IMG/VR virus record: IMGVR_UViG_3300035698_009139
Length of the DNA: 64,000 bases
DNA from: a virus
Direction: 5' to 3' (one strand)
The notes under the pieces were generated by a model. It had not been told where the DNA came from. It did not search any database and was given only the letters and a program-made list of their open reading frames with translations. Made by a program: the position numbers and the translations under genes. Below, in pieces: positions 1 to 10,097 of this stretch. Positions within the stretch are counted from its first letter, which is position 1. Each line of letters starts with the position of its first letter.

Positions 1-1698
1 CGTAAGGTAAAGTCGAAGAGAATGGCGCCACATGACCGCCTACATCTGCGTTCACGCAGAGCTGCCTTAACGGCCGTCCGCGGCCGCGTTGCTGGCAAAC
101 GCGGAGCTAATTACAACAAGCTATCGCCACAAGAGAAGATCGCGGTTGATAAAATCGTGCAGAAGAAACAGAATCAGGTTGGCGTTATCTCGAAGAGAAT
201 GCTGCCAATGATTCGTAAGAAGGAAATAACGCGTCTGGCTAAGGCTAGAGGTCGATCAACAAATGAGGAAATCAACATGACTTCAATCAACGAAGCCCGC
301 CCACCAATTGAAGACGGCGAGAACGCCCGCGAGCACATCGTAATGCAGCTCCGCAAAGTCACTAATGGTGCCAAAAAAGAAGTTCATTTTGATGACAACA
401 AAAAGCACCCTGTTAGCATTCCTCATGCTCGCAAGGCCTTGCAGATGCATGACGGTATCAAACAGCCTCAACACCGCGCAGATTTTGCATCTAAGATGTC
501 CGGCAGCCATAGCGGACTAATGGGAGCAGTATCTGGTAAGGTCAACGAAATGAAATCTCCAGATCATTCAGTTTCCAATAAAACAATTGCGGGCGCCATG
601 AAGGGCGGTAAAGGCAAGGGTCTTGGTCTCAAGGTTCCTAGCCAGGAGAAGGCCGCTGCATGGATCAAACGCAATCCAGATAAGGTTACAAAGAGCGAGA
701 CCAAGTCATTTGAAGACATTCGGTCAAACGGATTGAACGAATCATTTGAAGACTTCCTAGAAGGCGACGGCACGCCAGGTATGATGAACGACACTCGTAA
801 GAAAGCTAAGCTTCCTGGTGAAATGAGCTATGCGACAGAACGCCGCGAAGCTGCTCTTGCTAATCGCGCCAAGCAGAATGATATGACAGAAGATGATATG
901 AACGAGTTGTTCAACATCCTGTACGTTGAGGCAGTACTGACGCTGGACGAAGACGGTGCGTTGACGCCAGAGCAAGCAGCTTTTGACATCATCAACCACC
1001 TCGATGAACAAGAAGGAATGGTGCAGTCGTACGGCAAGTATCGTGATGCTCGTAAGATGGCCCGCGCCGCGCCACAGGGATCTGCTGCTGAGCGCATGTA
1101 TACTGCAAAAGCTGAGAAGCATCGCACTGATAATATTGGCCATGCTAAAAAAGCTATGGCAAATGGTTATAACGATAAAGCCAAGTATGCCCGTGAAGCA
1201 TTCGATATTGGTACCGATGAAAGTCGTATCAGAGCATCCAATGACACACCAGGGCAGGATGAAGACATCAAGCTAGCATTCGATTACGTTCAGAAGCCAG
1301 AGATTGCTCGTTCAGCATCATCAGTTGTTCGCGAGCGCATGGAAGCGGCCAAGATGAAGCCTGTCACTGAGGGTATCAACCACAATGAGATGTACTTTAA
1401 GGCAGCTGCAAAGGATGCCAAAACCAAAAAATCTAGTCACTCTGTTGTGCACGACAAAGGAAAGCACACGATGGTGCATCGAGTTGGCAATACAGATCAT
1501 GGTTTTGCAAGCAATGAATATTTTGGCAAGCACCCATCAGGCCACAGCCACACAAATATAGAATCTCGTGATTTGAGAACGCATAACACTGTTCAGGTAT
1601 ACCACAACGTGGCAGGCCAGAATCCTCATTTGGACGACAGTTGTGTGCGGTCGGCAACAAAAGCAATACTAAAACATGGTAAGGACACCTACAAATGA
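1..1698 (+). CDS. Putative internal head (poly)protein, probably 5'-truncated by the window edge
   Basis: Frame is open from base 1; Lys/His-rich; repeated (I/L/V)-x-E sites (SINE, VNE, LNE, FLE, VTE) like T4 prohead-protease cleavage sites. Confidence 0.5.
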   Translation, partial: RKVKSKRMAPHDRLHLRSRRAALTAVRGRVAGKRGANYNKLSPQEKIAVDKIVQKKQNQVGVISKRMLPMIRKKEITRLAKARGRSTNEEINMTSINEARPPIEDGENAREHIVMQLRKVTNGAKKEVHFDDNKKHPVSIPHARKALQMHDGIKQPQHRADFASKMSGSHSGLMGAVSGKVNEMKSPDHSVSNKTIAGAMKGGKGKGLGLKVPSQEKAAAWIKRNPDKVTKSETKSFEDIRSNGLNESFEDFLEGDGTPGMMNDTRKKAKLPGEMSYATERREAALANRAKQNDMTEDDMNELFNILYVEAVLTLDEDGALTPEQAAFDIINHLDEQEGMVQSYGKYRDARKMARAAPQGSAAERMYTAKAEKHRTDNIGHAKKAMANGYNDKAKYAREAFDIGTDESRIRASNDTPGQDEDIKLAFDYVQKPEIARSASSVVRERMEAAKMKPVTEGINHNEMYFKAAAKDAKTKKSSHSVVHDKGKHTMVHRVGNTDHGFASNEYFGKHPSGHSHTNIESRDLRTHNTVQVYHNVAGQNPHLDDSCVRSATKAILKHGKDTYK

Positions 1699-2045
1699 CA
1701 GATAAGATCAACGAATCATACTTCGGAGCTTCGCGCAATTTCGGCAGCCCCGAGACGTTAGTAGCTGCAGTCAACTCAGTACTGATGGGCCAGCAAGAGC
1801 AGGCGATGGATGAGATGCGTAAGAAGAAGGGCAAAGGCGAAGAAGTCGATTGCGCTCCTGAGGACAAATCCCCAGTGCCAAAGGATGTCAAAGAAAGCCA
1901 AGACGCACTGAAGAGTGAAGTCAAGAAGCTGTATGATCGACTTCATAACGAACAGGATCCTGTTAAGAAGAAGAGTATCCGCGGTGAGATTGCCCATATG
2001 AAGGGTGCTATGACTGGCGTTACGAAACGCCCTAACGAGGAATAA
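1695..2045 (+). CDS. Hypothetical protein, possible prohead core/internal protein
   Basis: ORF with INE/MDE/VKE sites, charged, overlaps the upstream stop. Confidence 0.45.
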   Translation: MTDKINESYFGASRNFGSPETLVAAVNSVLMGQQEQAMDEMRKKKGKGEEVDCAPEDKSPVPKDVKESQDALKSEVKKLYDRLHNEQDPVKKKSIRGEIAHMKGAMTGVTKRPNEE

Positions 2046-2046
2046 G

Positions 2047-2574
2047 ATGAAGCGCTTCAAGACATTGCGCGAAGACCACGTTGCTACGGTGGCTAATGGT
2101 GCGTTTCGTGGAAACATGAAGCAGACACCCGCCCGCCGCGGCGACAAACGTGGTGGCGAGCAGGTGCTCGATGTGGCCACACGATACAACGGTAAAGCTC
2201 CTAGTATGTCTGAAGCCAGTGCAATCGCTGTGCATTATAGTAAGTATGAAAAGATGATGGGGCAAGCCCATGCTGCTAAGGGTGAAGGACGCCACGCAAT
2301 TGCAAACGCATTATACAAAGCAGCTAATGATGTGCATAAGAAAAATTATGAAGATGCAATCAAAGCTACCGGCCGCGACCCCAAACATTATGGGCCGAAC
2401 CCAGCACGGACTGAATCTATTAAAGAAATGGACGATATCCGCTCATCTATTCGCCACAGCAAGAACATGTTGAACCACCCAACCACATCTCCAGAGGTGC
2501 GGGCATTCCACAATAAGCGGTTGAAGAGCTTGAAAAAGAAGCATAAACCGGCCAATCCCGAACAACAGCAGTAG
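2047..2574 (+). CDS. Putative internal head protein
   Basis: N-terminus MKRFKTLRE resembles T4 capsid-targeting sequences (MKTYQEFIAE type); basic and His-rich. Confidence 0.55.
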   Translation: MKRFKTLREDHVATVANGAFRGNMKQTPARRGDKRGGEQVLDVATRYNGKAPSMSEASAIAVHYSKYEKMMGQAHAAKGEGRHAIANALYKAANDVHKKNYEDAIKATGRDPKHYGPNPARTESIKEMDDIRSSIRHSKNMLNHPTTSPEVRAFHNKRLKSLKKKHKPANPEQQQ

Positions 2575-2592
2575 TTTTTAACTCCTAGGTAT

Positions 2593-2600
2593 TATAAATA
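2593..2600 (+). promoter_or_regulatory. T4-type late promoter TATAAATA
   Basis: Exact TATAAATA in an intergenic gap upstream of structural genes. Confidence 0.75.
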
Positions 2601-2675
2601 CTTCAGCTACTAATGAAGTATTTTTGTCATGCAGAGTAGACTAATTTTGGTTGAAACGCGAATAGGAGAGCTAAT

Positions 2676-3311
2676 ATGTCCGGTTGGGGAAAAACAACAG
2701 ACGCCAGTGCCGCAGGTAACGTAGACCTGGGTGCTAATAACACACCATTCAGATACAAGGGCGGTTCAAGCCCAGAAGCAGCAACGCAGGCAGCTGAAAA
2801 ACGTAACGTGATTATGACTGATCAGGGGTATGTTCGTCGACTGAATACTGTCGATTTGAACGCCAATCAACGCACACGCGACGAAATCCTTATTGCTCAG
2901 GCCGGCGTGCCAGGTGATGCAGGCTTCCCAAATATCACAGAAATCTACTTGAGCTCCAACGCATCTGGTGGCGTATTATCCGCGGCCGGCGCTGGCAACG
3001 TATATGTTGTGTTCAGCGAGCCTGTTAACTTCAATCTCAACGCCACGGATTTGACGTTGAGCATTGCTAACACAGCTGGTGGTAACCACGCCGTCGCCCG
3101 ATGTGAGGTAGGCGATGCCTTGCTTAATGCCAACAACACATTGGTATTCAAGTTCACATCCGGCGAACGTGGTACATATCAGGTGAACGCACAGTCGATC
3201 GGTGTATCTGGTTCCTTCCAGAACCTAATTTCGCTGAACACATCTGGTGCAACAGCAAACATCGTTATCAGCGGAGCCGTATCAAATAACTTGAGCACGT
3301 TCTCTGCGTAA
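2676..3311 (+). CDS. Putative virion structural protein
   Basis: Gly/Ala/Asn/Ser-rich, beta-strand-like; follows a late promoter; AGGAG RBS. Confidence 0.55.
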   Translation: MSGWGKTTDASAAGNVDLGANNTPFRYKGGSSPEAATQAAEKRNVIMTDQGYVRRLNTVDLNANQRTRDEILIAQAGVPGDAGFPNITEIYLSSNASGGVLSAAGAGNVYVVFSEPVNFNLNATDLTLSIANTAGGNHAVARCEVGDALLNANNTLVFKFTSGERGTYQVNAQSIGVSGSFQNLISLNTSGATANIVISGAVSNNLSTFSA

Positions 3312-3321
3312 GGAGTAAGAC

Positions 3322-3732
3322 ATGGCTGACAGTAAGGTATCCCAACTTGCTGCTGTGACGAGTCCCGCTTCGTCTGATTTGATCCTTATCATTGATGATC
3401 CGAATGGAACGCCAGTAAGCAAGAAGATTACGATCAAGAACTTGTTTGGCAACGTGCCGTCCAATACTGTGTTCGAAGCTACAATGACTGCGCAATCAAA
3501 TGTAACATTCACTGGCACGACAGCCAACGTTACAGCAAACTTGAATAGCACAGGCATCACCACGCTGAATCGACTGATTGTGGCAAACGATCACATCACT
3601 ATTTCAAATCGTCAAACACCTGCGTCTAATACGGCCGCAGGAGCACAAGGCGAATTTGCTTATGATTCAGGATATATGTATGTGGCGGTAGCTAACAATA
3701 TTTGGAAAAGGGCAGCACTGAGTAGTTTCTAA
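3322..3732 (+). CDS. Putative virion structural/fibre-associated protein
   Basis: MADSKVSQL..SDL N-terminus and GEFAYDSGYMYVAVANNIWKRAAL C-terminal motif seen in phage fibre proteins. Confidence 0.6.
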   Translation: MADSKVSQLAAVTSPASSDLILIIDDPNGTPVSKKITIKNLFGNVPSNTVFEATMTAQSNVTFTGTTANVTANLNSTGITTLNRLIVANDHITISNRQTPASNTAAGAQGEFAYDSGYMYVAVANNIWKRAALSSF

Positions 3733-4095
3733 ATGGATGAATTTGAATTGACCGACACTAATTTAACATTGTTTGCCATGAAATATTATCAGAATTCTGG
3801 TTGCACGGACGTGCTTGAGTTCCACGATGATATGAAGCGAATCAAATACATCAAGAGATTGTTCAAGAAATACAAAGATACGGGCGAGCTGAAAGAGCGG
3901 CTGATCCTGAATCATTTGATAGTGCTGTATAACGTGTTCCATCATCCCGCAATGACTAAGATGCTGATGCATCGGCTGAAGGGATATGAGGATTTTTTAA
4001 AAACGTTCCTTATCTATTTGAGCTATTGGCCACCCGAGAGGGGCGTAGAGATTTCAATAGATCAAAGGATAGTGGACGTACTGAGAAGGTTGTAA
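3733..4095 (+). CDS. Conserved T4-like phage hypothetical protein
   Basis: RIKYIKRLFKKY..GELKERLILNHLIVLYNVF motif typical of marine T4-like phages. Confidence 0.7.
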   Translation: MDEFELTDTNLTLFAMKYYQNSGCTDVLEFHDDMKRIKYIKRLFKKYKDTGELKERLILNHLIVLYNVFHHPAMTKMLMHRLKGYEDFLKTFLIYLSYWPPERGVEISIDQRIVDVLRRL

Positions 4096-4096
4096 T

Positions 4097-4798
4097 ATGG
4101 CTAACAAAGGAACAGACCTATACGTAGCATACCGGTTCGTCAAAGAGCTGAGTACACCTTTTGATAAAACAGATGCCTTTTCACTTGGGCTGATCGATGC
4201 TAAGGGCAAACTGCTTAAGCGCCCAAAAACACAAGCAGAAAAGAAAGCATACAACCCATTCGTCAGACTGATCTTCAATGTCAAGAGAGCATTGGGGCGA
4301 GCTGGTTTGGGCAATCGTCTGTCGTCATTCGCCGCGGCAATGTTTCTGATGAAAGAAGAATCATCTGATGATCAGCGGCTGAACTTTTTATGCGACAACG
4401 AGTATGTGTTAAATTCATCTATGCTAAGATGTAGAGCCGAGCTCGGCCGTCTACGCCCAGATCTAGTTATACTTGAAGACGCTCCCACGAACGCAGTTGG
4501 TGGTGGAGCAATAGCGGGAACGGATGACAATCCTCCTGTGCGTAAAAAGCAAAAGAGCTACAGTTTCATCCGCCGCATCAATAATAGTGATGTTTATATG
4601 GTTGACAAGAACACGTTTGCTGCAGCAAAGGTCGGCCGACGCAAAGGATATGCGATGGAAGAAATCAGTGATGAGTTTGCTGAAACGCTAAAAGAGCATC
4701 AAGTCAACGACGTAGGACGCCCGCTAATCATCCAATGCGATGAGACAAACGAATTATTGTTCGTTGCGTATGGGCACAGAAAGCCAAGAGGCATATAA
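4097..4798 (+). CDS. Conserved T4-like phage hypothetical protein
   Basis: YRFVKELSTPF..DAFSLGLIDAKG and EDAPTNAVGGGAIAG motifs. Confidence 0.6.
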   Translation: MANKGTDLYVAYRFVKELSTPFDKTDAFSLGLIDAKGKLLKRPKTQAEKKAYNPFVRLIFNVKRALGRAGLGNRLSSFAAAMFLMKEESSDDQRLNFLCDNEYVLNSSMLRCRAELGRLRPDLVILEDAPTNAVGGGAIAGTDDNPPVRKKQKSYSFIRRINNSDVYMVDKNTFAAAKVGRRKGYAMEEISDEFAETLKEHQVNDVGRPLIIQCDETNELLFVAYGHRKPRGI

Positions 4799-5343
4799 TG
4801 ACACCAGAGCAAATCATCAAAGATATCATCCGCCGCGAAGGTGGGTATAACGACATCAAAGAAGATCAAGGTGGTGCTACCAACCTGGGAATCTCTTTGC
4901 GGTATGCTAAGGGTGTCGGGCTGGATATGGACGGCGACGGCGACACAGATAAAGACGACATCAAGATGGTCGACGAGAAGACGGCCACTAAACTGTACAA
5001 AAATGACTTCTTTACAGGCCCACGAATCAACACGCTACCAGTATCTATCCAAGCGCAGATGTTTGACATAGCTGTTAATGCTGGGCCACCCCGGGCCATT
5101 ATGATGGCGCAAACTATTACTAATCAGGCTGGGTTTGGACCGGTCGACCAAGATGGTGTTATTGGCCCTATGTCACGAGCAGCCATTGAGCGCGCAGTTG
5201 ATGACATGGGCCCATGGTTTGGCAATGCGCTCGTTGAAGAACGGTTGGCACATTATCGCCGAATCATAAAGAACCGTCCATCCCAGCAGAAATTCTGGAA
5301 CGGTTGGCACAATCGCGCCATGGAATTTTACAAGGAAATCTAA
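4798..5343 (+). CDS. Endolysin, glycoside hydrolase family 108 with C-terminal peptidoglycan-binding domain
   Basis: EGGY..D.GGATNLGI catalytic motif, FDIAVNAG, QKFWNGWHNR. Confidence 0.9.
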   Translation: MTPEQIIKDIIRREGGYNDIKEDQGGATNLGISLRYAKGVGLDMDGDGDTDKDDIKMVDEKTATKLYKNDFFTGPRINTLPVSIQAQMFDIAVNAGPPRAIMMAQTITNQAGFGPVDQDGVIGPMSRAAIERAVDDMGPWFGNALVEERLAHYRRIIKNRPSQQKFWNGWHNRAMEFYKEI

Positions 5344-5900
5344 TGTCTATTATTGGAAATTTATTTGCAGGTGGTATACAAGGAATAGCTAAGGCCGGCA
5401 CGCGTGTATACACTGCAGTTGCCGGTGACCAGGTCCAAAAGGACCAACAGTATCACACTGAGCAAATGGCTACGTCAAGTGCATATATATCAGAGTTTGC
5501 TGCTCCAGAGAAGAAGGGTATATTCAACAGCCTAGTTGATGGGGCTAATAGGCTAGTCCGCCCTATATATACATACAACATCATTGGAATGCTGTGGTGG
5601 GCAGTGATTGATCCTGTGCAATTCACGACGGCCATGGTCGCACTTGCTATTGTGCCAGACATGCTGTGGGGAATATTCTTTACGGTGACCAGTTTCTGGT
5701 TCGGTGGGCGATTTATTAAAGACTGGCGTGGTAATAAAATTGACGCTACCAAGCAGTTGGAAACGCTTAAAAACTTGCAGAAAATCCAAGGAAAAATCGG
5801 CGGCGAAGCTTCATACCAAAATGAGCTATCAGATACCTCTAAACCGCTTACCAATTCAGCGATTTTAGAGTGGAACCGAAGACGCCAAGACAATAAATAA
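5343..5900 (+). CDS. Holin (3TM GTA-type holin family)
   Basis: NRLVRP, hydrophobic helices and FWFGGR motif; directly follows the endolysin. Confidence 0.75.
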   Translation: MSIIGNLFAGGIQGIAKAGTRVYTAVAGDQVQKDQQYHTEQMATSSAYISEFAAPEKKGIFNSLVDGANRLVRPIYTYNIIGMLWWAVIDPVQFTTAMVALAIVPDMLWGIFFTVTSFWFGGRFIKDWRGNKIDATKQLETLKNLQKIQGKIGGEASYQNELSDTSKPLTNSAILEWNRRRQDNK

Positions 5901-5937
5901 TCTATATAAAATAATATAAAAAACAGGTGCCATTGTA

Positions 5938-6156
5938 ATGGACGACAATATACCAGATCATAACCTACTAATCCGAATTGATGAACGCACTAAAAACATC
6001 GAAGAAGAGATGAAGAAATTTCCGGCCAAGTATGTGTCGAAGGAAGAATTCCGCCCCATTAAAGCGTTTGTGTATGGGCTTATGACAGCAGTAATGTTAA
6101 CGGTATTGGGTGCTGTTTTAACACTTGTTGTTAATAATGGAGTGCCCGGTGCGTAA
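5938..6156 (+). CDS. Small membrane protein in the lysis cassette
   Basis: Coiled N-terminus with a C-terminal TM helix. Confidence 0.55.
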   Translation: MDDNIPDHNLLIRIDERTKNIEEEMKKFPAKYVSKEEFRPIKAFVYGLMTAVMLTVLGAVLTLVVNNGVPGA

Positions 6157-6609
6157 GTTTTTCGCTCATATTTATTCTCTGTGTGCGGTCGCTGTGGTAT
6201 TAGCGTCGGTGTTAGTGGGAACGTATTGGGGCACATACGGCTCTAGAGAAATGTTTCAGGTTAATACTACTGAGATAGTAGAGATGACGCCTAATAAATT
6301 GGTTATCGATCGCACCATAAAGAAGAGCATGATATGCCCAGTGGTATCCATTGATCATTATTTGATGTTTCCTGGCGGGGCCACACTGGGACTCAGAAAA
6401 GCCAGCATCATGCTGATTACAAAACTAATACGCTGGTAACAATCAGATTTGTATTTGCTCTCCCACCTCAAGTTATAGACGTGTCGGACAAATATGGCCA
6501 CCGAGTGAAGTTGGCATACAGCTGCAACCCCTTCCACCAGCCGGTGTATACGGTTGATTCTAATATTGTTTCAGTGCCACACAAGAAGTTGTCTACCCTT
6601 TCAAAATAG
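6149..6609 (+). pseudogene. Membrane-anchored lysis-region protein split by a frameshift
   Basis: TM-containing frame stops at 6439; the -1 frame is open from ~6356 to 6609 (..YSCNPFHQP..). Confidence 0.5.
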
Positions 6610-6617
6610 CGTATAAT
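6589..6617 (+). promoter_or_regulatory. Sigma70-type early/middle promoter
   Basis: TTGTCT-17nt-TATAAT just upstream of the primase. Confidence 0.7.
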
Positions 6618-6623
6618 ACTTGG

Positions 6624-7661
6624 ATGTCTGTAATGAATGATATCCAGTATGCTAATCTACTATCATCAAGACTAGAGCGATGGGTTGTCAAGAACAACAA
6701 CCCTTTTCTAGCCAATTTCCGTTGCCCAATATGTAGAGATAGCCAAAAGCGCAAGCATAAGAAACGTGGGTTCCTGTTTCAGGTATCTGACGGGCTGATG
6801 TTTAAGTGCCACAACTGTGGGTCGTCTTGGCCATTCTCTAAGCTACTAGAGACAATAGACCCACAAGCGCATAAAGAATATGTCATGGAGAAGTACAAAG
6901 GCACGGGCAAGAAACCTAAAGTGCTTATGCCGATGATGCCTCCCAAACCAGCATTCAAAAATCCAGATAGGTTGATAGACCGACTGATGGATCGGGTTGA
7001 TAGACTCGAGTCTGGGCATCAAGCAGTCGAGTACTGCGAACATCGACAAATTCCCAGAGAGCAATGGCATCGTCTATACTACGTAGACAATATCAGCAAC
7101 ATCAGCCAGCTGTCGGACAAGTATAGAGACCGGATCACCACCAAAGAACCTAGGCTGGTGATCCCTACGTTTGATGCAAACGATAAGCTGGTGCATATGA
7201 CCTGCAGAGCCTTCAGCGATGACCTGATCAGATATCTGACGGTCAATGTAGCAGAGCCGCCTCACCCACCTTTTGGTATAGACAAGTTTGATCGAACCAA
7301 GCGCGGATTCGTAGTAGAGGGGCCGCTGGATAGTCTGTTCGTTCCAAATAGTGTTGCAAGAGGTACGTCTGATTTGAAGGGTGCCATTCCTTGGGTGATA
7401 AAAGAAAATGTCACACTGATATTTGACAACCAGCCAAGAAATCGCGAAATTGTAAAACTAATGCAACGCCATATTGATCAAGGGTTTACGTTGATGATTT
7501 GGCCCGATGGCACAGGGCAAAAAGATATCAACAATATAATCATGGAGGGTGAAATGACGGCTAACCAGCTAATGACTGTCATAAATAATAACACGTTCAA
7601 CGGTCTAGCGTTGCAGGTTAAATTCAACAAGTGGAAGAAGATTGGTGATGGAATTTCTTAA
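6624..7661 (+). CDS. 61: DNA primase (T4 gp61-like)
   Basis: NFRCPICRDS..FKCHNCG zinc-binding domain, VVEGPLDSLF, FDNQPRN, KDIN. Confidence 0.93.
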   Translation: MSVMNDIQYANLLSSRLERWVVKNNNPFLANFRCPICRDSQKRKHKKRGFLFQVSDGLMFKCHNCGSSWPFSKLLETIDPQAHKEYVMEKYKGTGKKPKVLMPMMPPKPAFKNPDRLIDRLMDRVDRLESGHQAVEYCEHRQIPREQWHRLYYVDNISNISQLSDKYRDRITTKEPRLVIPTFDANDKLVHMTCRAFSDDLIRYLTVNVAEPPHPPFGIDKFDRTKRGFVVEGPLDSLFVPNSVARGTSDLKGAIPWVIKENVTLIFDNQPRNREIVKLMQRHIDQGFTLMIWPDGTGQKDINNIIMEGEMTANQLMTVINNNTFNGLALQVKFNKWKKIGDGIS

Positions 7662-8301
7662 AGCAACGGTTGAGTATGTCGATCATATGGGTAGCGATCT
7701 ATCGGTGGTCAATGCTGCTCGTGTATCCTTTGACAAGCATCACGAGATATTTAAACAGCCTGATGATGAAGGGCTGATCAAATATTTGGCCAGAGAAGGA
7801 CACTGGAGCCCATTTGCTCACACGACTATACAGATAAGAGTAAGTTGTTGTTTTGCAATTGCTAAGCAGCTGGCGAAGCACCAGGTGGGGTTTGCATGGA
7901 ACGAGATCAGTAGACGCTACGTTGATTTTGAGCCATCATACTTCAAACCGACCGACTGGCGTTCATCGTCTGCTGACAAGAAGCAAGGTTCTGGTGAGGC
8001 TCTAGCTTCACAGACTGTGGTGGATAAAGTTTACATGGATGCGATCGCAGACGCCAATGAGGCATATAATAGGTTACTAGCATTGGGCGTATGTGCAGAG
8101 CAAGCTAGATTTGTGATGCCCCTGGGTGCCATGACGACGTGGTATTGGACGGGGTCTGTTTATGGTTTTGCGCGAGTGTTTAACCAGCGATCAAAAGAAG
8201 GGCACAATGCCCAAGAAGAAGCCGAGGATGTCGCAAAACTGATCGTCCAGATATGCAACCAACACTTTCCAGTCTCTTGGAAGTATCTTACAGGAAAATA
8301 A
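7648..8301 (+). CDS. thyX: Flavin-dependent thymidylate synthase
   Basis: MGSDLSVVNAARVSF, HWSPF, KHQVG..NEISRRY, EQARFVMP. Confidence 0.93.
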   Translation: MEFLKATVEYVDHMGSDLSVVNAARVSFDKHHEIFKQPDDEGLIKYLAREGHWSPFAHTTIQIRVSCCFAIAKQLAKHQVGFAWNEISRRYVDFEPSYFKPTDWRSSSADKKQGSGEALASQTVVDKVYMDAIADANEAYNRLLALGVCAEQARFVMPLGAMTTWYWTGSVYGFARVFNQRSKEGHNAQEEAEDVAKLIVQICNQHFPVSWKYLTGK

Positions 8302-8307
8302 CTAAAA

Positions 8308-10095
8308 ATGCAGTACGAAGGTATCGAGATCGATTTGTCTCGCGACGAACTATTTGACAAACTTGGCCTGATTCGCCTACAAGAATCATATATGAGAGAC
8401 GACGAGACCAGCCCACAGCATCGATTTGCATACGTGGCTAAACGATTCGGTACAGATATAGCACATTCGCAACGACTGTATGATTATATGTCGAAGCATT
8501 GGCTGTCGTGCAGCACGCCTATTCTTAGTTACGGCCGCACGGAGCGCGGTCTGCCAATCAGTTGCTATCTAAATTACATTGACGATAGCTCGGCAGGATT
8601 GGTGGACACATTATCTGAGACCAACTGGCTTTCGATGCTCGGCGGAGGGGTTGGAATAGGTTTCGGTATGCGAGCGGCTGGCGAGAAGTCTACTGGCGTC
8701 ATCCCACATCTTAAACTGTATGATGCATCGTCTCTGGCTTATCGTCAAGGCAAAACGCGCCGCGGAAGTTATGCAGCATATCTAAACATCGACCATCCAG
8801 ACATCACCCAGTTCCTCGAGATGCGTAAGTCCACGGGCGACCAAAACTTACGTTGCCTGAATCTCCATCACGGTATCAACATCTCCGATAAGTTCATGCA
8901 GATCATTGAGAATCTGATGACAGATCCGAATGCTGATGACACATGGAATCTGATTGACCCACACACCAATAGTGTGACGGAAGTAGTCAGCGCACGTGAG
9001 TTGTGGCAGAAGATCATGGAATTGCGAATGCAGACCGGCGAACCTTATATGCATTTCATCGACACAAGTAACAAGCATTTACCGCAGTGGCTGAAGGACA
9101 GAGGCCTGGAAATACGCCAGTCTAATCTGTGTAGTGAAATCATTCTGCCGACCAATGAAGACCGCACTGCAGTATGCTGCTTGAGTTCGCTGAATTTGGA
9201 ACACTATGACGCGTGGCGCCGCAACCCTGGCTTCTTGCAGGACGTTGCTGAGATGTTGGACAATGTGCTGCAGTTTTTCATCGACACGGCTCCTGACACA
9301 ATCAGCCGGGCTATCTATAGTGCAACACGTGAACGATCGATTGGTATTGGTGCCCTCGGCTTCCACGCATACCTGCAGAAGAATGGTATTCCGTTTGAGA
9401 GTGCGATGGCTAAGTCTGCTAACATCCGTTTATTCAAATACATCCGCACATCACTGGATGCAGCCAATCTTGTGTTGGGCAAGGAACGCGGTGAGGCACC
9501 AGACGCAGAGGGAACAGGCCTGCGGTTCAGTCATTTGATGGCAATCGCTCCGAACGCATCATCGTCAATTATCATGGGCAACACATCGCCTTCGATTGAA
9601 CCATATCGGGCTAATGCATATCGTCAGGATACATTGTCCGGATCTCATATGAATAAGAATCGCCACTTGGATGCACTGATCAAAAAGCATTGTGAGGGTG
9701 ATACGGCAATGTATGATCGAATTTGGTCGTCGATCATTTCTAATGACGGTAGCTGTCAGCACTTGTCGTGGATGGAAGATTACGACAAAGATGTATATAA
9801 GACAGCAATGGAAATCGATCAGCGCTGGGTGATAGAACATGCAGCAACCAGGCAGCAATGGATCGATCAAGCACAGTCATTGAACTTATTCTTTCGGCCG
9901 GACAGCAACATCAAGTATTTACATGCGTGCCATTTTCTCGCTTGGAAATCTGGACTAAAGACGCTATACTATTGTAGGTCAGAGAAAATCGGTAAGGCCG
10001 ATAAGGTCGCAAAGAAGATCGAGCGACAAATCATCAAAGAATTAGATTTTGAAGCAATCATCGCAGGTGATGATTGCATAGCATGTGAGGGATAA
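8308..10095 (+). CDS. nrdA: Ribonucleotide reductase class Ia alpha subunit
   Basis: LPISC, QSNLCSEI, AIAPNASSS, KTLYYCRS, C-terminal CIACEG. Confidence 0.97.
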   Translation: MQYEGIEIDLSRDELFDKLGLIRLQESYMRDDETSPQHRFAYVAKRFGTDIAHSQRLYDYMSKHWLSCSTPILSYGRTERGLPISCYLNYIDDSSAGLVDTLSETNWLSMLGGGVGIGFGMRAAGEKSTGVIPHLKLYDASSLAYRQGKTRRGSYAAYLNIDHPDITQFLEMRKSTGDQNLRCLNLHHGINISDKFMQIIENLMTDPNADDTWNLIDPHTNSVTEVVSARELWQKIMELRMQTGEPYMHFIDTSNKHLPQWLKDRGLEIRQSNLCSEIILPTNEDRTAVCCLSSLNLEHYDAWRRNPGFLQDVAEMLDNVLQFFIDTAPDTISRAIYSATRERSIGIGALGFHAYLQKNGIPFESAMAKSANIRLFKYIRTSLDAANLVLGKERGEAPDAEGTGLRFSHLMAIAPNASSSIIMGNTSPSIEPYRANAYRQDTLSGSHMNKNRHLDALIKKHCEGDTAMYDRIWSSIISNDGSCQHLSWMEDYDKDVYKTAMEIDQRWVIEHAATRQQWIDQAQSLNLFFRPDSNIKYLHACHFLAWKSGLKTLYYCRSEKIGKADKVAKKIERQIIKELDFEAIIAGDDCIACEG

Positions 10096-10097
10096 TT

